From Candidatus Woesearchaeota archaeon (GTDB lineage Archaea; Nanobdellota; Nanobdellia; Woesearchaeales; UBA9642), in NCBI GenBank assembly GCA_013330595.1, contig DUIB01000009.1, forward strand, positions 74 to 64,073: 64,000 nt of DNA, in the 5' to 3' direction. Shown piece by piece: positions 38,088 through 49,109 of the stretch (within the stretch, counting starts at the first letter, position 1; the number at the start of each line of letters is the position of its first letter). The position numbers and the translations under genes were made by a program. Below the pieces are notes generated by a model, which worked only from the letters and a program-made list of their open reading frames with translations, was not told the origin of the DNA and searched no databases.

Positions 38088-40420
38088 CTCGGTGCATTCT
38101 TCATCTCTTCTGCTCGCGTCTTTCTGAATGTGTTCTGGAATTGCTCATACATTTCTTCGATCTCTTTTGATGCTGATGGCCGAACTTTCTTCAATGCTTC
38201 AAGGAAATATTTCATCTTAATATCCTTTGTGTTCATGTCATCCCTTAATGCCAGCATTGCTGCTTCCCTGCATATTGCTTCAATATCTGCTCCAACATAT
38301 CCTTCTGTCTTGTCAACTAATTCAGCAATCTTAACATCCTTTGCTAAAGGCATATTCTTTGTATGGACCGTAAATATTTCTTTTCTTGACTTCTTGTCTG
38401 GAACAGAAACTAACACAATCCTGTCAAATCTTCCGGGCCTTAATAATGCAGAATCTAAGAGATCTGGCCTGTTTGTGGCTCCTATAACAACAACATCTTT
38501 CATCTCCTGCAACCCATTCATCTCTGTTAATAACTGATTAACGACCTTTTCTGTCACGCCAGAACTATCACTGAATGATCCCCTTTTCGGCACTAATGAA
38601 TCTATCTCATCAAAGAATACTATTGATGGGCTTGATTGCCTTGCCTTTTCAAAGATCTTTCTCACTGCTTTTTCTGATTCACCAACCCATTTGCTCATAA
38701 GTTCAGGACCATTGACAAGAATAAAATTAGCTTTAGATTCATTTGCAACAGCTTTTGCAAGCATTGTCTTTCCTGACCCTGGAGGACCATAAAGTAAAAC
38801 TCCTGCCGGAGGCTTAATGCCAAGCCTTTCAAATGCAGCATGATTCTGCAGAGGCCATTCAATTGCTTCTTGCAATTCCTGTTTTGCATCATCCAAACCA
38901 CCTACATCCTCCCATTTTACATTAGGTTTTTCAATCAGAACTTCTCTTAATGCTGAAGGCCTGACAACTTTCAATGCTTCAGTAAAATCATCCTGTGTAA
39001 TAATCAATTTCTCAAGCAATTCTTCTGATAAAGGCTCATCATTCTGAAGATTAAGGTCAGAAATAACCTTTCTAAGAACAACCATTGCAGCCTCTTTACA
39101 TAATGAAGCAAGATCAGCTCCTACAAATCCATAAGTTATCTCAGCAAGATAATCCAGATCAACAACCTTTTTCTCATTAAGATCCTTTATTCTTTCTTTT
39201 AATTCCCTGACATTCTCTTTCTTAAGCAGAGGCATTCCTCTTGTATGGATCTTCAATACTGATAATCTTCCTTCTTTTCTTGGAACTCCTATTTCAATCT
39301 CTCTATCAAATCTTCCTGGCCTTCTTAATGCAGGATCGAGTGCATTTGGAATATTGGATGCTGCTATTACAACAACTTTTCCTCTTGATTTCAAGCCATC
39401 CATTATTGCTAATAATTGTGCAACAACTCTTTTCTCAACCTCTCCATGAGTTTCCTCTCTTTTAGATGCAATAGCATCAATCTCATCAATGAATATTATT
39501 GAAGGAGCATTCTTTTCTGCATCCTCAAACCTTTTCCTTAAATTTGCTTCTGACTCTCCATAGAATTTGCTCATGATTTCAGGACCATTGATCAATATGA
39601 AATTTGATTGTGTCTCATTTGCAACTGCTTTTGCTAATAATGTCTTTCCTGTTCCAGGAGGTCCATGCAATAATACTCCTTTAGGAGGCTCAATGCCTAG
39701 TCTTGTGAATATCTCTGGATGCTTTAATGGCAGCTCAACCATCTCCCTAACTTTCTTCAACTCCTCATCTAATCCTCCAATATCTTCATAAGTAACATCA
39801 GGAAGCCTTTCTTCTTTTATTTCAGGAATAGCTTCAGGATTAAAGATTACTTCAGTAGAATCAGTAATGATTACAGCCTCTTTTGCTGGAGTAACATCAA
39901 CAATCATGAATTTCAGATCACCTAAACCAAAACCCATTGAAGAAATAAATGCTTCATCACTTACAATATTGAATATGTCATCAAAGAATGGGCTTTGTGT
40001 CATTGCTGATTTTCTAGACCTTGTTCCTCCTAAAGAGACAATGTCGCCTTTAACAACAGCTCTTCCAAGCAGTCCTTGCTTGAAAATAATAGGGTTAGCT
40101 CTGATTAATATGCCCTCTCTTGCTGGTGCAATTGTGATCTTTTTTGCTTCCTTGACATTTGCTTTCCTGACATTCACAACCTCACCAATACCTGTCTTAG
40201 AATTCCTTCTAATAAGGCCATCCATTCTAATAATGTTTAAGCCAATATCTCCAGGATATGCCCTGTCAGCAATTGCAACAGTCTTTCTCTGGCCTTGGAT
40301 CTCAACAACATCTCCTGATCTGACATTGATAGTCTTCATATACCCAGAATCTATCCTGACTATTCCTTTATTTACATCATCCTGAATAGCTTCAGCAACT
40401 TTGAGTTTAACATCAACCAT
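38075..40420 (-). CDS. cdc48: CDC48/VCP-like AAA ATPase (two AAA domains)
   Basis: It has the N-domain '[21 protein letters not shown]', two Walker A boxes 'GPPGTGKT' and 'GPPGSGKT', and the second-region-of-homology motifs. Confidence 0.9.
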   Translation of the reverse strand: MVDVKLKVAEAIQDDVNKGIVRIDSGYMKTINVRSGDVVEIQGQRKTVAIADRAYPGDIGLNIIRMDGLIRRNSKTGIGEVVNVRKANVKEAKKITIAPAREGILIRANPIIFKQGLLGRAVVKGDIVSLGGTRSRKSAMTQSPFFDDIFNIVSDEAFISSMGFGLGDLKFMIVDVTPAKEAVIITDSTEVIFNPEAIPEIKEERLPDVTYEDIGGLDEELKKVREMVELPLKHPEIFTRLGIEPPKGVLLHGPPGTGKTLLAKAVANETQSNFILINGPEIMSKFYGESEANLRKRFEDAEKNAPSIIFIDEIDAIASKREETHGEVEKRVVAQLLAIMDGLKSRGKVVVIAASNIPNALDPALRRPGRFDREIEIGVPRKEGRLSVLKIHTRGMPLLKKENVRELKERIKDLNEKKVVDLDYLAEITYGFVGADLASLCKEAAMVVLRKVISDLNLQNDEPLSEELLEKLIITQDDFTEALKVVRPSALREVLIEKPNVKWEDVGGLDDAKQELQEAIEWPLQNHAAFERLGIKPPAGVLLYGPPGSGKTMLAKAVANESKANFILVNGPELMSKWVGESEKAVRKIFEKARQSSPSIVFFDEIDSLVPKRGSFSDSSGVTEKVVNQLLTEMNGLQEMKDVVVIGATNRPDLLDSALLRPGRFDRIVLVSVPDKKSRKEIFTVHTKNMPLAKDVKIAELVDKTEGYVGADIEAICREAAMLALRDDMNTKDIKMKYFLEALKKVRPSASKEIEEMYEQFQNTFRKTRAEEMKNAPSYFG

Positions 40421-40622
40421 GCTTCACCAAAACTATATAAAGAATATAAATTTTATGATTTTGAATAAAATAAAAAACTACAAAGAAAAGCCTTAAATTC
40501 GTCTTAAAATGAATATTTGGCTTTTCTTGTCCAAGGAACTTTTGTTCCTGGGCGCAAAAAGCTTTTTTGTGTTCCAAAAATTCGCTAATAAAGCTTTATG
40601 CTTTAAAATATGCGAATTTTTG

Positions 40623-41105
40623 TTACCTCTTTTTAGGCTTATTTTCAGGTTTTGGAGCTGTTTTTTGCTCTTTTGAGTCTGATGCAGCCTCTGCCTTAAC
40701 TTCTCGAGCCTTGATCTCGACTTTAGGCATTTGAATAGGGCTAGGCAATCCAAGTTCTTTGCTTATGATTATTGCCTCAATATTAGCCTTGCCTAAGATT
40801 ATGTTAAGGACTCTTGAAGTAACATCCTTATGCAATGCTTTCTGCTTAGTCCACATCTCCATAATCTTTGTGCTAAAATCCTTATCAAAGATTTCAATCA
40901 ACTCACCTTCTAATTCAATACTCCCAATATTAGGCTCATATTTGCACATGAATTTAAATTGGAATTTGAGCAATGATTTCTTCTGGTCAGGAATGCCTGA
41001 CTCAACAAGATTAGTTATGCCGACATTATTCTCCACTTTAATGCTTTCAGAAGATCCTGTCCTCGAAGCATTTATCTTAGTAAAATTCAGTCCAACAGTT
41101 GTCAT
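40623..41105 (-). CDS. hypothetical protein with lysine-rich C-terminal tail
   Basis: This is an ORF only. It lies immediately upstream of cdc48 on the same strand. Confidence 0.3.
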   Translation of the reverse strand: MTTVGLNFTKINASRTGSSESIKVENNVGITNLVESGIPDQKKSLLKFQFKFMCKYEPNIGSIELEGELIEIFDKDFSTKIMEMWTKQKALHKDVTSRVLNIILGKANIEAIIISKELGLPSPIQMPKVEIKAREVKAEAASDSKEQKTAPKPENKPKKR

Positions 41106-41200
41106 TTTGATTACCTCATAATATTTCTGATATTGTGAATTAAGGATGTTTTATAAATATTATGGTAAAATTTATAAAAAACAATACTTAAAATTGTGTA

Positions 41201-41560
41201 ATGAAACTTGCTTATGTCTTATTATTGGTTTTAATCTTAGTTCTCTCTGGCTGTACAAAAATCTATGTTTGTTATGATGGGACTACTCAGAGGATTGCAA
41301 GCAGATGTCCTAAGATTCCTGTACCAGACTTAACAGAACTTGAAGCAGGAAAAGTCATGGATAATTTCGGATTTGCATATGCACAAGCCAAAGGCGATTC
41401 ATATACGAGAGTTAATCTATATAGTAAAAACACAACATGGTATTCAGGAGTGCTTTTCACAAATAAACAATCCCAGACAGTCAAAGAAGCAACATTCAAG
41501 ATCGACGGCAAGACAGGAACAGTACAGTGCTTGACTGGATGTGATTATATAAATCCGTAA
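41201..41560 (+). CDS. small secreted/lipoprotein-like protein
   Basis: It has an N-terminal signal with 'LSGC' lipobox-like Cys. Confidence 0.35.
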   Translation: MKLAYVLLLVLILVLSGCTKIYVCYDGTTQRIASRCPKIPVPDLTELEAGKVMDNFGFAYAQAKGDSYTRVNLYSKNTTWYSGVLFTNKQSQTVKEATFKIDGKTGTVQCLTGCDYINP

Positions 41561-41652
41561 ATCATTATAATTTCTCACTTTATTGTTCGGTGTTTGTTCT
41601 ATGATATTTATATATTAGATGAACTTTCCTTTTAATACGAGGAGATGATACA

Positions 41653-42660
41653 ATGAAATGGACATACATAATATTATTGATTGCATCGGTAGTAATTGTA
41701 GGCTGTACAACAGAGCCTATAAATACGCCACAACAACCTAGGAATGTTCCACAACAATCAGATGTAACACTACAACTAAATAATACTTCAGAGCAGAAAT
41801 ATGATCCTGTAATTAATCCTACTGATTTCTCAGTTGATATAACAAACAAGTATTTTAAGATAGAGCCTGGAAAAAAACTAAGATATAAAGGACAGACAGA
41901 GGATGGTCTTGAAACAATCGAGGTTTATGTGACTAATGAAACAAAAACCGTTATGGGAGTAAAGACATTGATTGTCTGGGACAGAGTCTGGCTTGATGGT
42001 GATTTAATTGAAGATACAAAAGACTATTATGCACAGGACAAGAAAGGTAATGTATGGTATTTTGGTGAGGACACTGCAGAATTGATCGATGGGAAAATAG
42101 TTAATCGTAATGGTGCATGGTTAGCAGGAATAGAAAATGCAAAGCCAGGAATAATAATGCCAGTTAATCCTCAGATTGGAGAAACATATAAAACTGAATA
42201 CTATGAAGGAAACGCCGAGGACAAAATAGATATTCTTGCATTAAATGAACAACTCACAGTCCCATATGGAAAATTGAATAATTGTTTGAAGACAAGGGAT
42301 TATAGTCCATTAGAGCAAGGAGCAGATGAGCATAAGTATCATTGTCCAGAGGTAGGATTTGTTGTTTTAGAGGTAGGACTAGAGGACAATGAGAGTGTTG
42401 AGTTAGTCAGTGTAGAATATAATGCCAAACCATCGCCATCAACTATTGCAAAAGAGCCGGAAAAACTTATAACTAAAATAACAGAAGAACAAGCTAAGGC
42501 GATAGCATTGAAAGAAGTTCCTGGAGAAGTTACAGATGTTTCTATTGAGAAGAAATTCGGAAAAACGGCATTTGTCATCGAGGTGGCTCCTACAAGCGGT
42601 CCTGAGACAGATGTGATAATCGATATAGATACAGGAGAAGTTCTTGGAGTAGAAACATAA
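41653..42660 (+). CDS. secreted protein with C-terminal PepSY domain
   Basis: It has a signal with 'VGCTT'. The C-terminus 'ITEEQAKAIALKEVPGEVTDVSIEKKFGKTAFVIEV...DIDTGEVLGVE' matches the PepSY consensus. Confidence 0.5.
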   Translation: MKWTYIILLIASVVIVGCTTEPINTPQQPRNVPQQSDVTLQLNNTSEQKYDPVINPTDFSVDITNKYFKIEPGKKLRYKGQTEDGLETIEVYVTNETKTVMGVKTLIVWDRVWLDGDLIEDTKDYYAQDKKGNVWYFGEDTAELIDGKIVNRNGAWLAGIENAKPGIIMPVNPQIGETYKTEYYEGNAEDKIDILALNEQLTVPYGKLNNCLKTRDYSPLEQGADEHKYHCPEVGFVVLEVGLEDNESVELVSVEYNAKPSPSTIAKEPEKLITKITEEQAKAIALKEVPGEVTDVSIEKKFGKTAFVIEVAPTSGPETDVIIDIDTGEVLGVET

Positions 42661-42693
42661 AGTTTTTATTCTTTTTAATTTTTTATATAAAAG

Positions 42694-43059
42694 GTGATGG
42701 ATATGAAACTAAAAAATCTTTTTGTAATGTTTGTTATTATGATAATGCTAACTCCGATTATCGCGGCCGTAGATGAGGGAAACGAGATAAAAATAAACAA
42801 TATTGAATTAGATAAGATTTTAAACATCGGCAGCAGTATTCTTGCTTTAGTGCTCGCAATTCTGACGATATTGGCATTCCAAAAAAGCAAGAAGAGCAAA
42901 CTCTTGTATATATCTGCTGCATTTCTCTTATTTTTCATAAAGACATTCCTTATTGGCGCAGAGATATTTTTTGGAGAATGGCCCTGGGTTGATCCTGCAT
43001 CCAGCCTTGCTGATTTCGGCATTTTGATATTATTCTTCATAGGTATAATGAGGAAATAA
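42694..43059 (+). CDS. small membrane protein
   Basis: It has three predicted TM helices. Confidence 0.35.
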   Translation: MMDMKLKNLFVMFVIMIMLTPIIAAVDEGNEIKINNIELDKILNIGSSILALVLAILTILAFQKSKKSKLLYISAAFLLFFIKTFLIGAEIFFGEWPWVDPASSLADFGILILFFIGIMRK

Positions 43060-43060
43060 T

Positions 43061-43591
43061 ATGTTTGATGCAGATAATCAAATGATGTTTGAATTAGAAT
43101 CTAGAAGGAGAATATATGAGATTGTGACTCAGAATGCAGGCATACATTTCAGAGAAGTTGAAAGAAAAAGCAGATTATCTGTGGCTGTAACAAAACACAA
43201 TCTTGATTATCTTACTAAACACGATATAATAAAATCAGAAAGAGATGGAAGAAACTTAAGATATTATCCTCTGCACTTTAACTTACAGAATACAAAGATT
43301 ATGAATCTTTTAAGACAAGAAGGCATAAGAAAAATACTTCTTTGTATGCTTTCGAAAGATCGAACTTTTTTTTCCAATATAGTTAAGTCAACAGGATTAT
43401 CAGCATCCACTGTCTCTGAGCATCTGAAGAGACTTGAAGAGAAAAACATAATAAAACCTCATAATAAAGATAATAAAACATATTATTCACTTATAATAAA
43501 TAAGAATGATTTAGTAAGGTTGCTTATTGCATACAGAGAATCATTTTTAGACAGACTTGTTGATAGGATTATTGATACATGGGAATTCTAA
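43061..43591 (+). CDS. transcriptional regulator with tandem winged-helix domains
   Basis: It has two wHTH-like segments ('IYEIVTQNAGIHFREVERKS', 'ILLCMLSKDRTFFSNIVKSTGLSASTVSEHLKRLEE'). Confidence 0.45.
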   Translation: MFDADNQMMFELESRRRIYEIVTQNAGIHFREVERKSRLSVAVTKHNLDYLTKHDIIKSERDGRNLRYYPLHFNLQNTKIMNLLRQEGIRKILLCMLSKDRTFFSNIVKSTGLSASTVSEHLKRLEEKNIIKPHNKDNKTYYSLIINKNDLVRLLIAYRESFLDRLVDRIIDTWEF

Positions 43592-43825
43592 ATAATCAAC
43601 TTTAAAAATCCCTCTTTATTCCTTTCTTCTATGCATAAATTGTTTGTTTACTCGATGTATAAGCATTTCAGGTATTAATTCTATTAGATTGTATTGTTTA
43701 TTTTATTAGCACCTAGCGAGCTAATGATAACATATTTTATTGGAAATAACTCAGCATATAAAACTATAAAACATCTATGCGAGCGTGCTAATAAAAATTT
43801 AAAAAAAATTTATGAGGTAAATAAA

Positions 43826-44818
43826 ATGAATTCAGATTATCAGGAACAGGCAAGATTCATGAGAAGATATGAAACATTAGAAGGATTCCCAGAAATAAAA
43901 GGCTATGATTTTGATCAAGAATTTAATTTTCATGATTTTATCAATTCGTATAAGTCAATGGGCATCCAGGGAACAAATATAGGATTAGGCATTGATATTA
44001 TTAAGAAGATGATCGGGGATAAGGCATTTATATTTTTATCCTGTACGTCTAATATGATCAGCTCTGGAAATAGAGAAATCATCAGATTTCTTGTTAAGCA
44101 TAAGCATGTCCATGCACTTGTTATGAGCGCAGGAGCTGTTGAAGAAGATATAATAAAATGTTTCAAGCCATTTGTTTTAGGAAGCTTTGACATTTCAGGA
44201 AGAGCATTATTTGACAAAGGAGTTGGAAGAATAGGGAATATATTTGCTCCATATGATCGTTATTTATATTTTGAGAAATTCATGAATCCGTTCTTTGATA
44301 GAATATATGAAGAAATGAAAAACAAAGTCCTTTCACCATCAGAATTAATCAAAGAACTTGGAAAAGAGATTGAGAATAATGAAAAGCATGAAGAATCAAT
44401 AATTTATTGGGCGTATAAGAATGATATTCCTATATTCTGTCCTGCAATGACAGATGGATCTTTGGGGGATCTGATGCATTTTCAGAAACAGAAAAGAAAA
44501 GACTTTATTGTCGATATGGTTGCAGACCATACTAAGATTGTTAATTTAGCTTTAAATCAGGAAAAGACTGCAACTATAATTCTTGGTGGTGGGGTGAGCA
44601 AGCATTATATTCTAAATGCAAACATCTTTAGGGATGGATTGGATTATGCTGTTTACATTACGACAGCACAGGAATATGATGCTTCTGATTCAGGAGGCAA
44701 TCCACAAGAAGCAATGACCTGGGCAAAGCTAAAGGTCGATGCGCCTAATGTAAAGATACGAGCTGATGCATCGATTGTGTTTCCATTGATCGTTGCAGGA
44801 GTGTTTGGGAAGAATTAA
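43826..44818 (+). CDS. dys: deoxyhypusine synthase
   Basis: It has the 'GGGVSKHYILNANIFRDGLDYAVYITTAQEYDASDSGG...AMTWAKL' C-terminal DHS signature. The six-frame ORF begins at 43694, but the likely start is Met 43826 (MNSDYQEQ). Confidence 0.8.
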   Translation: MNSDYQEQARFMRRYETLEGFPEIKGYDFDQEFNFHDFINSYKSMGIQGTNIGLGIDIIKKMIGDKAFIFLSCTSNMISSGNREIIRFLVKHKHVHALVMSAGAVEEDIIKCFKPFVLGSFDISGRALFDKGVGRIGNIFAPYDRYLYFEKFMNPFFDRIYEEMKNKVLSPSELIKELGKEIENNEKHEESIIYWAYKNDIPIFCPAMTDGSLGDLMHFQKQKRKDFIVDMVADHTKIVNLALNQEKTATIILGGGVSKHYILNANIFRDGLDYAVYITTAQEYDASDSGGNPQEAMTWAKLKVDAPNVKIRADASIVFPLIVAGVFGKN

Positions 44819-44880
44819 GTTATTACTCGAGAGTAGTTAGAAATCGAAACATTTATAAATAAGTTAATTTTACTCATATC

Positions 44881-45951
44881 ATGAATAACCAAACAACAAA
44901 CCCGATATCAACAATTGAAGATACGTATGGCCAAGGATTGACTCAATCTGGCCAGATTAAGTATAACTTTTCTAATGGCGAGCAATTACCAAAACTACAG
45001 GAATTAGATGCAGAACTTGAATCGATTATTAATTTTCACAAACCACAATGGGGCATTAATCGAGGAGGGTTGCAAAAAGCACTACGCGAGGATAATGCAT
45101 GGAAAAAAGTTGTTGAAGGAATTGTTGAACACATAAATCCTGGTTTATTAGAAACAGTGGAAAGTGATAAGATATACGCTGGCATTGAGACTCCTGATTG
45201 GCCGGGTGTCACACTTGCTAGCAGCGGTGATCTATATGATCCCTCCTCAAATATTCTAAGCATAAATGGTGTTTATAGTCATAATATATTCAAACAGATA
45301 AGATTAGCAAATATTGATGTTAATAATGCTAATGTTCCTATAGCTCAAACTAACATAGTATTTGTTGAAGGAGGAAAATATGCAGTTATGGGCTTAAGAG
45401 GAGGTATGACTTGGGCAAAAACATTCCATGGACTTGGCTCTGGAGCAATACAGCCTAGGTCTAGAAAAAATGACCCTGTTTTTGATACTGTATATGGAGA
45501 AATCAAGGAAGAGGTAAACTTATCAGAAAAATATCTTAAAGATGTTGCTGTTGCTGGTAAAGTAATAGATAATGTTCTTGGAAGAGTTGTTGTGTATATC
45601 TCAAAATGTGATGTGGATATGACACTTAATGACTTCATAAAACATTGGAATGATTCAAAAGCAGAGGATAAAGCAGAACATACAGACATCAAAGCATATG
45701 ATGCAAGTATTCCTGAAGCATTGGTTAAGTTATTTGCTATGAATGGTTACAAAAAAGAATATGTCGATGTGAAAAATCCAAAAATTGTGACCCCAATGAA
45801 TGCTTACACAATACTTCCTAATTCTGTCTCAGGAATAATTCCTGCTCTAGCTGCACAGTTTAATTTAGACAGGGAATGGATTCCCTATGCAGTGAATCTG
45901 ACAGATGGTGTTGTTGGCATGTCTAATAGAGTAAAGAACTGCTATAAGTGA
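44881..45951 (+). CDS. hypothetical protein
   Basis: This is an ORF only. Confidence 0.3.
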   Translation: MNNQTTNPISTIEDTYGQGLTQSGQIKYNFSNGEQLPKLQELDAELESIINFHKPQWGINRGGLQKALREDNAWKKVVEGIVEHINPGLLETVESDKIYAGIETPDWPGVTLASSGDLYDPSSNILSINGVYSHNIFKQIRLANIDVNNANVPIAQTNIVFVEGGKYAVMGLRGGMTWAKTFHGLGSGAIQPRSRKNDPVFDTVYGEIKEEVNLSEKYLKDVAVAGKVIDNVLGRVVVYISKCDVDMTLNDFIKHWNDSKAEDKAEHTDIKAYDASIPEALVKLFAMNGYKKEYVDVKNPKIVTPMNAYTILPNSVSGIIPALAAQFNLDREWIPYAVNLTDGVVGMSNRVKNCYK

Positions 45952-45957
45952 ACAAAG

Positions 45958-46788
45958 ATGAATGAAGACAAAACATTAGAACAAATATCTGAGAATGAGA
46001 TGTTTGAGCTAATGAAGACACTTATCGTAAAAGCAGGCAAAGAGACACTAACATATTTTGGCAAAACAGATCTGAATTTTACAACAAAAAAACACGCAGC
46101 AGACCTGTTAACAGAAGCAGACCTTGCAAGCAACACAACTCTGATTGACGGTATTAAAGAAATATATCCGGGTCATGGTATAATTTCAGAGGAAGAACCT
46201 GTTCAAGACGATAAAAAGAAGTATGTCTGGATTATAGATCCACTTGATGGGACAAATAATTTTAAGAATTCTATTCCTATTTATTCAGTGATTGTAGGTC
46301 TAGCAAAGCAAAATCAGAATAAGGAACTTGAAATGATAGCGGGAGCTGTTTATATTCCTGCTCTTAATGAATTATATCAAGCATCCATGGGAAATGGCGC
46401 TTTTTTGAATGATAAACGAATTGTTTGCTCACCCAAAGAAGATCTAGTTAACGCTGTAGGTGCAGGTCATTTTGAAAACTGGTTTAAGTATGAAAAACAG
46501 GTAAAGGCATTCTTCGAGTCATCTAAAGAATTAAAACATTACCTCTTTGAGTATGGTACAGGTGGTTATGATATGACACTTGTAGCGAGAGGATCAAGGG
46601 ATTTTTATTTCATGCCTCCGCATGGTGGAGGGATTTGGGATAATGCTGGTCCTTACATAATATTGAAAGAAGCAGGATGCAAGGTTGTGAATTTTAGGAG
46701 AGAAAATTGGTCATTGAAGGATAATACAGAGATGATTGCAGGGAATCCTAAGATTGTTGACCACATCTTTGATGTGATTGGCAAATAA
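45958..46788 (+). CDS. inositol monophosphatase / FBPase-family phosphatase
   Basis: It has 'WIIDPLDGTNNF' (metal-binding DPxDGT) and a 'GGIWDNAGPYIIL' C-terminal motif. Confidence 0.75.
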   Translation: MNEDKTLEQISENEMFELMKTLIVKAGKETLTYFGKTDLNFTTKKHAADLLTEADLASNTTLIDGIKEIYPGHGIISEEEPVQDDKKKYVWIIDPLDGTNNFKNSIPIYSVIVGLAKQNQNKELEMIAGAVYIPALNELYQASMGNGAFLNDKRIVCSPKEDLVNAVGAGHFENWFKYEKQVKAFFESSKELKHYLFEYGTGGYDMTLVARGSRDFYFMPPHGGGIWDNAGPYIILKEAGCKVVNFRRENWSLKDNTEMIAGNPKIVDHIFDVIGK

Positions 46789-46850
46789 TTCTTTATTTTT
46801 CTAAAAATATTAAAAGCCAAGCATCTAAAAATAATAAAAAGAGGTCTTAA

Positions 46851-47504
46851 ATGATATTTCAGGATATACTATTTTATATTTGGCACATTTTTTCCTTATG
46901 GGCTCAGACATTATTTGTTCTTCCGTTCAAGAATCCTGAGATGTTATGGATCCTTGTTCCTTTATGGGTTTCATGGTTTTTTGGAGAATTCTTTCAGGAG
47001 AAACTTGGAACAAGTTTTGGAAATGCAATAAGCAATGCAGTTGTTGTTCTATGGGCGGGAATAGATTGTATAAGACAGACATTGTTTTTAATGAGTGCTA
47101 ATGCAATAAATGATCCTATATGGATTAGATTTGCATTGTGTGGAGCACTAATAGCTTATGGAATAATCATTATTGTTTATGGTGCTAAAGTCAAGGAAAA
47201 AGTCAAGATCTTTGGAAGAATAAGAGATGTTACGTATGCATTTGTTATGCTTGTTCCTGTTCTATATAATGTACAGCAACTGACTGCGGATTATCTTATT
47301 GCAATGATTGTCTTTTTCCCAATCTTCCATTATGTGATTGAATTGATAGATCTAAAAGCTCCAACTCCGAATGCTTTGAAGGAAGACCTTGGATCTCAAA
47401 AGCCAGCGACTAAATCTCAAGAGCCTGTTCAGAGCATTCCCCAACAACAAACTTCTCAGGATCAAGGCAAAAGGCCTCCAATGATGAGCTATTGGAATAA
47501 TTAA
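46851..47504 (+). CDS. membrane protein with Gln/Pro-rich C-terminal tail
   Basis: It has four or five TM helices. Confidence 0.3.
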   Translation: MIFQDILFYIWHIFSLWAQTLFVLPFKNPEMLWILVPLWVSWFFGEFFQEKLGTSFGNAISNAVVVLWAGIDCIRQTLFLMSANAINDPIWIRFALCGALIAYGIIIIVYGAKVKEKVKIFGRIRDVTYAFVMLVPVLYNVQQLTADYLIAMIVFFPIFHYVIELIDLKAPTPNALKEDLGSQKPATKSQEPVQSIPQQQTSQDQGKRPPMMSYWNN

Positions 47505-47576
47505 TTAAATTGTTACTCTAAAGTGGTTAAAAACCGTAAAGTTTATAAAAGGGTTCTTATATTATTCTAGAATAAA

Positions 47577-49109
47577 ATGATTAATGCTTCCAGAAAGAAT
47601 GAATATGAACAATCATCAGATCATTCATTAGTATTTACTAGACCAGAATTTGAAAGAGATAAATATAATTTATTTGAAATGTATAATAATAGTGCGAACA
47701 TAGTCTATGATGAATTGCTAGAATCTACTGGGAAAATCATACCTATTACGTTTTCTGAGGAATCTGCCAAAGCAACATTTAATCACTTATTATCAAACAG
47801 AATCCATACTGATGGAAAAACAGATGCTACAGTAATAGATGCAGCGCCAAGAGCAGTTCCAGCTTATACTGAAGATAATATTCTTGGTCAAGTATATGTT
47901 CCTGTGCAAGCCGAATTTGTTTTTAAGGATAATAAGAATCATGTATTAAATAAACTGGAAAAAACCTTACTGAATGAATTTAAAAAACAAGGATTACCTG
48001 TCGCTGATTGTTTTGACACAACAGACATAATAAATGAATATACTCAGAAAGGAATAACTCCTCCAAAAGGTTTAGCTGAATCAGACGGATTATACATTAA
48101 ACATCTTGGATACACTAGTTTAGCAAGATACATAACTGATCTCGGAATAAAAACTATAACTGGCAATAATGATTCATTGAATAAATCCTTTAATGCAATG
48201 ACAAAAATTCTTGATTTAAGCGACAAATTTGATTCTATTACAAAAAAAGTGGTTGAGTCTCCGGAATTTTATCATTATAAAAAAATCCTTGAAAAAAGGG
48301 AATTAGAGAGATTAAGCAAGGCATTTGGAGTTGATGAAGATTTTTCTAAAGACAATTATTATAGTCTAAGATTGTTGCTAGACATGCCTGGCGCTACACA
48401 AGAAGACTTAAAATTATTTGAGCCGATAAATTATATTCTAAAACAAGCTGAAAATGAATGTGGTGTGTGGAGCATAGGAATTCATCCTCGAAATGTAATG
48501 ATAACAGGAGAGAATGATAGAGAGCTAGATTTTAAAATTATTGACGCTAACAGAGTTAAATATGCTCCTGTCCAGGAATTTGATTGGCAGCAAATAGATT
48601 CATACACTCCGATAAGAAAACCTATGAGTATGTTTCCAACTACTATTTTTGATGATGGACCTCAAGGATTTAAGGAGAGGCTAGCAACAAGTATATTAGG
48701 CGAAAGAGTAAAAATCGAATTCTTAGGTTATAGATGTAAGAAATATAAAGAAGAAACACAAGGCGATGTTACTTTAGATAGGTATGCTCAATTAGGATTT
48801 GTAGCAAGATATTACACCAATCTTAAATTAGCTCAAAGAGCTTTGATAGACTTAGCTAATGCAAAAGATTTTCATAAATTAATTGATCTTCCATTTAGAT
48901 ATAAGTATCATATGGATGCAGCTATGAAAGGAATTGGATACTCTATTAGATTATTTCCAGAATTTGAGATAGAAAAAATATTCTATAGGACACAGGAGCT
49001 TATGCAAAAATCTTATAATAAAATAATGACTCCTGAACTTATTGCTAAAATAGATGAGTGGTCAATAAGAGATTCTATCCCAGAAGGAGCTCATAATGTT
49101 TGGGTTTGA
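47577..49109 (+). CDS. hypothetical protein
   Basis: This is an ORF only. Confidence 0.3.
   Translation: MINASRKNEYEQSSDHSLVFTRPEFERDKYNLFEMYNNSANIVYDELLESTGKIIPITFSEESAKATFNHLLSNRIHTDGKTDATVIDAAPRAVPAYTEDNILGQVYVPVQAEFVFKDNKNHVLNKLEKTLLNEFKKQGLPVADCFDTTDIINEYTQKGITPPKGLAESDGLYIKHLGYTSLARYITDLGIKTITGNNDSLNKSFNAMTKILDLSDKFDSITKKVVESPEFYHYKKILEKRELERLSKAFGVDEDFSKDNYYSLRLLLDMPGATQEDLKLFEPINYILKQAENECGVWSIGIHPRNVMITGENDRELDFKIIDANRVKYAPVQEFDWQQIDSYTPIRKPMSMFPTTIFDDGPQGFKERLATSILGERVKIEFLGYRCKKYKEETQGDVTLDRYAQLGFVARYYTNLKLAQRALIDLANAKDFHKLIDLPFRYKYHMDAAMKGIGYSIRLFPEFEIEKIFYRTQELMQKSYNKIMTPELIAKIDEWSIRDSIPEGAHNVWV

Noticed and set aside
40493-40753. 86-aa ORF on the minus strand
   Set aside because: It overlaps the longer ORF 40623-41105 in another frame and the hairpin-rich intergenic region, so it is probably spurious.
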